A DNA stretch of 63,790 nt from a virus. Its lineage: Duplodnaviria; Caudoviricetes. The notes under the pieces are model-generated. The model was given only the letters and a program-made list of their open reading frames with translations, made no database searches and had not been told where the DNA came from. Where the stretch lies: IMG/VR virus record IMGVR_UViG_3300036852_000142, positions 1-63,790 of that record. One strand, written 5' to 3'. Every line of letters begins with the position of its first letter. Position 1 is the first letter of the stretch. The translations under genes were made by a program, and so were the position numbers. This document shows positions 60,256-63,790 of this stretch, piece after piece.

Positions 60256-61035
60256 ATGGGAACGAAAGCAACAAAACAATTAGCAGATAACGCAGACGAA
60301 ATGATGGCTAACGCAAAATCGTTAGTCATTCAGCAACCAACAATTTTCAGCGTGTCATTAGAGGTTCAAGGCACGGCTGACTTAATTCAAAACCGATTCA
60401 GTCAGAAGTCGGTTGAGCAGATGCTTCGCAAACACATGGGCATCAGCGTCCAACGTGAAAGCAAGAAACCTCGCGAAGTTTTGGAAGATGCGACGGTTCT
60501 CAATACGGATGGAAAAGTTTGTATTCCGCCCACGTCATTCAAACTGGCAATGATCGCGGCGGCGAGTCAGGTTAAGAATCTCAAGAAAACACAGCTCCGC
60601 ACAGCTTTGTTTATTCAGGGCAACTCGATCCCTATCACTTACCGCGAAATGGTTCCGCGCATGGATATTACGCGCACGTCCGGTATCGGGCGCACGCCAG
60701 ATGTTCGCTTCCGTCCGTCATTCCAAGACTGGAAAGCAAGAATGACGATCCAGTTTGCCGACACGCTGTCAGTTCAAAGCGTGGTCGATTTACTCAACCG
60801 CGCGGGGCAAGTTGGGGTCGGGGAATGGCGCCCTGAGAAAAACGGCGTGTTTGGAACATTCAAAGTTTCCCGTCACGTTGATACGCCAAAAGAGATTAGC
60901 GAAATCGAAGCACAGTGCGCGGTTCCGTTAGTGCCGTTGCGAATTCCTGATTGGGCACTTGACATGGACATTAACCCCGAAGTCTTGCAGAAGATTTTCG
61001 CGGCTCAAGGCGAATCTGAAGAAGTTGCCGCGTAG
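60256..61035 (+). CDS. Stand-alone Cas7/RAMP-like RNA-binding protein (Vipr-like)
   Basis: LEVQGTADLI (beta1), IPPTSFKLAM, RFRP.F.DW, C-terminal G-loop GVGEWRPEKNGVFGTF; ATG 60256 after SD GAAGGAG. Confidence 0.8.
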   Translation: MGTKATKQLADNADEMMANAKSLVIQQPTIFSVSLEVQGTADLIQNRFSQKSVEQMLRKHMGISVQRESKKPREVLEDATVLNTDGKVCIPPTSFKLAMIAAASQVKNLKKTQLRTALFIQGNSIPITYREMVPRMDITRTSGIGRTPDVRFRPSFQDWKARMTIQFADTLSVQSVVDLLNRAGQVGVGEWRPEKNGVFGTFKVSRHVDTPKEISEIEAQCAVPLVPLRIPDWALDMDINPEVLQKIFAAQGESEEVAA

Positions 61036-61037
61036 TA

Positions 61038-61370
61038 GCAGAGGCAACGCAATTCGGGGCACGGCTTGTTGGGGCACGGATTGGCAGGCGGGGCTTATTT
61101 AGGCTTGGCATTAGAGGCACGTGAAGGCACGGTAAGGCGGGTGGGGCAATGAGTGGATGGTTAGGATTGGCTGCGTCTGGAGAGGTGAGACAAGGCAGGC
61201 GAGGAGAGGCACGACGCGGGAGCCTGGGCGTGGATTCGGAAGGGCTGGGCGAGGCAGGCAGGGACAAGCTAGGTCGGGTTTGTACGGGCGAGGAAAGTCC
61301 GGGTAAGGCAATCACGGCAGGCATGGCTAACTAGGACAGGCTTGGAAAGGACGGGCGAGGCCCGGCACAC
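61038..61370 (+). repeat. Pentamer GG(Y/A)-NN array 2 (candidate guide-RNA array)
   Basis: Same 5-nt code; GGCAGGC junctions at 61083, 61194, 61253, 61316 and a variant at 61136. Confidence 0.82.
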
Positions 61371-61393
61371 ATCAACTTTAAGGAGACAAAAAC

Positions 61394-61903
61394 ATGAGTA
61401 CAGATATAACCAAAATTGCGGGCACGGAAATTCAGTATCTGCCGACAGAAGTGAAGCGCGAAAGGAAAGCGGTGGTTGTAGATCGTGAGCTAGAACGCAT
61501 CTACAGCCAACACCAAAGAATTACCGTTGATGATGTTCTGGCGGACGCTTTGAACGATGAAAGCCCACTACATAGTTACTTTGAATGGGATGACGCAGCG
61601 GCCGGTGAAAAGTACCGGCGAGTGCAAGCCTATTCACTAATTATGAGCAGCAAGTTCATTGTTCAACTTGTACAAGATGGCAAGGTAGAACCCAGAACAA
61701 TTTCTCAGTCAGGACAAGTCCGCAAGCTCGTTAGCGCATTTCGGGGTGAAGGATTCCGAATGCGAAATGAGGCACTAGCGGACGGTGAAATGCGCCAGGC
61801 GATTATCGAGGGCAAGAAATCTGTCTTGCGCTCTTGGTGCGAGTCCACCATTGACATTCAAGAATTGCAACCATTGCGCGAGTCGATTCTGGCGAAGTTG
61901 TAA
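61394..61903 (+). CDS. Conserved partner protein of the RAMP-like gene
   Basis: SPLHSYFEWDDAAAGEKYRRVQAYSLI motif; directly after array 2. Confidence 0.65.
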   Translation: MSTDITKIAGTEIQYLPTEVKRERKAVVVDRELERIYSQHQRITVDDVLADALNDESPLHSYFEWDDAAAGEKYRRVQAYSLIMSSKFIVQLVQDGKVEPRTISQSGQVRKLVSAFRGEGFRMRNEALADGEMRQAIIEGKKSVLRSWCESTIDIQELQPLRESILAKL

Positions 61904-62205
61904 TGATCGAAATTACGCAAAACTTTCGAACTAAATATCGCTCCTCGGTTCAAAAGGCGAGGCGGGAGAAGATCCGCGTAGTTCGACTGGAAAACGATCT
62001 GTACTACGTCGCACGCCGTGCATCAGGGCATGGACGTTATCTCGTCCGTTTTTTCCATAAGAGCGATTCAGTCAGCGCGGTATGTGCCACGGTCTACAAC
62101 GAATCGTGTAAGGGATGCTGGCAAGGGCGGTGCTGTACGCATATCGCCGCAGCGGTTGAGCGCGGGATTAAGCATGGCCGAGAGAAAAGAAAGAAGGCAG
62201 CGTGA
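61903..62205 (+). CDS. SWIM-like Zn-finger protein
   Basis: YLVRF...CKGCWQGRCCTHIAAA. Confidence 0.55.
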   Translation: MIEITQNFRTKYRSSVQKARREKIRVVRLENDLYYVARRASGHGRYLVRFFHKSDSVSAVCATVYNESCKGCWQGRCCTHIAAAVERGIKHGREKRKKAA

Positions 62206-62883
62206 ACTTTCCTTTAGAACACACAAAATTACCTCTTACAGATGAGGAGAGATGGCCAGAAGAAATGAACGACGATCCTGTTAATGAAAACCAGAACCAA
62301 GGCATTCCAACGGGTAAGGTTTCCGAAAACAGTTCGGTGAGCGTTGCTCCGTCCGATCTGATTACGGTTTGCGATCACTGTCTACAGGCTTCTTGCTGGC
62401 AGGCAATCTTCTTCTGAGATGCCGAACTAGCGGCTCTTTGAAACCTGAATCCTGACTCGTACGGGCTTAGCCTGTCGGGAGCGCAAGCGGCGCGGAACTC
62501 GATCATAAACCGGGACGCTGGGGCGATTGAGAATGACCACTTAATGCGCGTTCGGGATTCAGGTTTGAGAGAAGCCTGATACCAGCGAACAAAAGGGATA
62601 ACAGCCGCACGTTAGAAGAATGTAGTTTGCCGGAATTAAAAGAAAGAGGATTTGAAATGTTAGAACTTGAACTTCCAGAACTAATCGAAGTCGTTGAGGA
62701 CTGCTCTGTTTGTGATGGGAAGGGTGAAGTCGTTGATGATTGGCCGCGCCGAGCGAATCGCCCAGGTGAAGAGCAGATGATGAATTGTGCCAACTGCGGC
62801 GGAACCGGTGAGCTAGTAAAAGAAATTTGTCATATATGCCAGAAGTCAGAATTCGAGTGCAAGTGTTTTGATGGAGGAGCCAA

Positions 62884-63333
62884 ATGACCACAATCACAAT
62901 GAACCAAGCTAACGAATCAGAGCCGACTGCGGCTGTAGAAGAAACGCATACGCCAACGCCATGGACAGTGCAGCGACTTCATCACGCTAACGACGAACTA
63001 TGGTTGCAAATAGGTTTCTTCGATAACGATGGGCGTGAGATCGGCCCTATCTGCGAACTTGTGGGCGGCGCGGTGAAGATGTATCGGCCCGTTGCTGAGT
63101 TTCAACACTTAATTGCTCCAGAAGCAGAAGTGCGAGCCAACGCTGAGTTAATCGTTAAGGCTGTCAACTCCTACGCCACCAACCGACAGACTATCGCCAC
63201 CCTGCGGGATGCGGCACGGATGGTTGTTGATTGGTACGAAGGCACAACTAAGGATCTGCCTGATAGAACCGCGATGTATAACGCGGCCTGCGCTGCGCTC
63301 GCTATGCTCGCTATGATCGAGAAGGAGAAGTAA
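62884..63333 (+). CDS. Phage hypothetical protein
   Basis: HTPTPW...ANAELIVKAVN motif. Confidence 0.6.
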   Translation: MTTITMNQANESEPTAAVEETHTPTPWTVQRLHHANDELWLQIGFFDNDGREIGPICELVGGAVKMYRPVAEFQHLIAPEAEVRANAELIVKAVNSYATNRQTIATLRDAARMVVDWYEGTTKDLPDRTAMYNAACAALAMLAMIEKEK

Positions 63334-63663
63334 TGGGAGTTGATCTAAGGCTGCTACCGTTCGATGCCGATCACGGCGATGGCCTTTCGTTCTCGCATAC
63401 GATTCTGGAAGTCGGACGCAATTACGATCTGCACGACAAGATTAGAAAGTTGCGCTCAATGCCTGTGCCTGCGAACTTCACGAGCTTTTGCGGTCTTGGT
63501 GATGACGGCGAGCTTACCTATGGAGTAACGATCGAAACTCCCTATGGTGAACCATTGGAATACGTGCTAGCAGGCGAATTTATTGGCACTGAGTTCCAGT
63601 AATGACTTTTGTTCAGGATAAGTTGGAAGAGGAATAGAACAGGTGAGCAATTCAGAAATACAA

Positions 63664-63790
63664 GCCGAAACCGAAATGATCGCCAAGTTGCTCCGTGAAC
63701 AGGAGCGCGATGGTTGGCGAGTCGAAACCAATATCGAGAATGTGCCGAGCGAAACAGGTCAGTACGCCTTGCGAGACGGTCTCGCTAGTA
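63664..63790. repeat. Terminal direct repeat, copy 2
   Basis: Identical to 1-127. Confidence 0.95.

Noticed and set aside
59951-60279. G/R/A-rich ORFs over array 1 (59951-60172 +, 60076-60279 -) and the 40-aa N-terminal extension of the RAMP ORF
   Set aside because: By-products of the stop-poor pentamer repeat; the strong SD points to ATG 60256.
60971-61334. ORFs over array 2 (61149-61334 +, 60971-61324 -, 61111-61311 -)
   Set aside because: Low-complexity translations of a period-5 repeat, with no SD; period 5 is inconsistent with codon structure.
59892-61370. Canonical CRISPR array
   Set aside because: No 23-47 bp identical repeats with unique spacers; only 7-nt junctions and 5-nt periodicity.
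1-63790. Alternative genetic code or stop-codon recoding
   Set aside because: Core genes are full length under code 11, and all three stop codons terminate genes.

Overview
The window is an apparently complete, circularised temperate siphovirus genome of about 63.66 kb: bases 1-127 recur exactly at 63664-63790, most likely as an assembly overlap. A central immunity region (about 58.5-59.6 kb) drives two divergent arms. The long minus-strand arm carries recombination, replication initiator plus ori, a DnaC-like loader, xis/int with a tRNA-like attP inside the int 3' end, lysis, packaging, an HK97-type head and a GTA-like non-contractile tail. The plus-strand arm consists of small early genes and wraps through the ends. 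The standout locus is 59.9-61.9 kb. It holds a lone Cas7/RAMP-like gene with a C-terminal Gly-rich loop, flanked on both sides by non-coding arrays of 5-nt GG(C/T/A)-NN units. The units are grouped into about 53-63 nt modules by GGCAGGC-like junctions and are followed by a conserved partner gene. This is a candidate RNA-guided, non-CRISPR phage system resembling the VIPR type as I recall it. Other signals are a six-copy late-promoter motif (AAATAAA-N14-TA[C/G]nCT), an ~850-nt hairpin-rich candidate ncRNA, an alternative-structure leader before the replication gene, paired inverted promoter/operator blocks, a catalytically dead UmuD-like gene and a tail-chaperone -1 frameshift. All protein calls come from motif recognition by eye; no searches were run.
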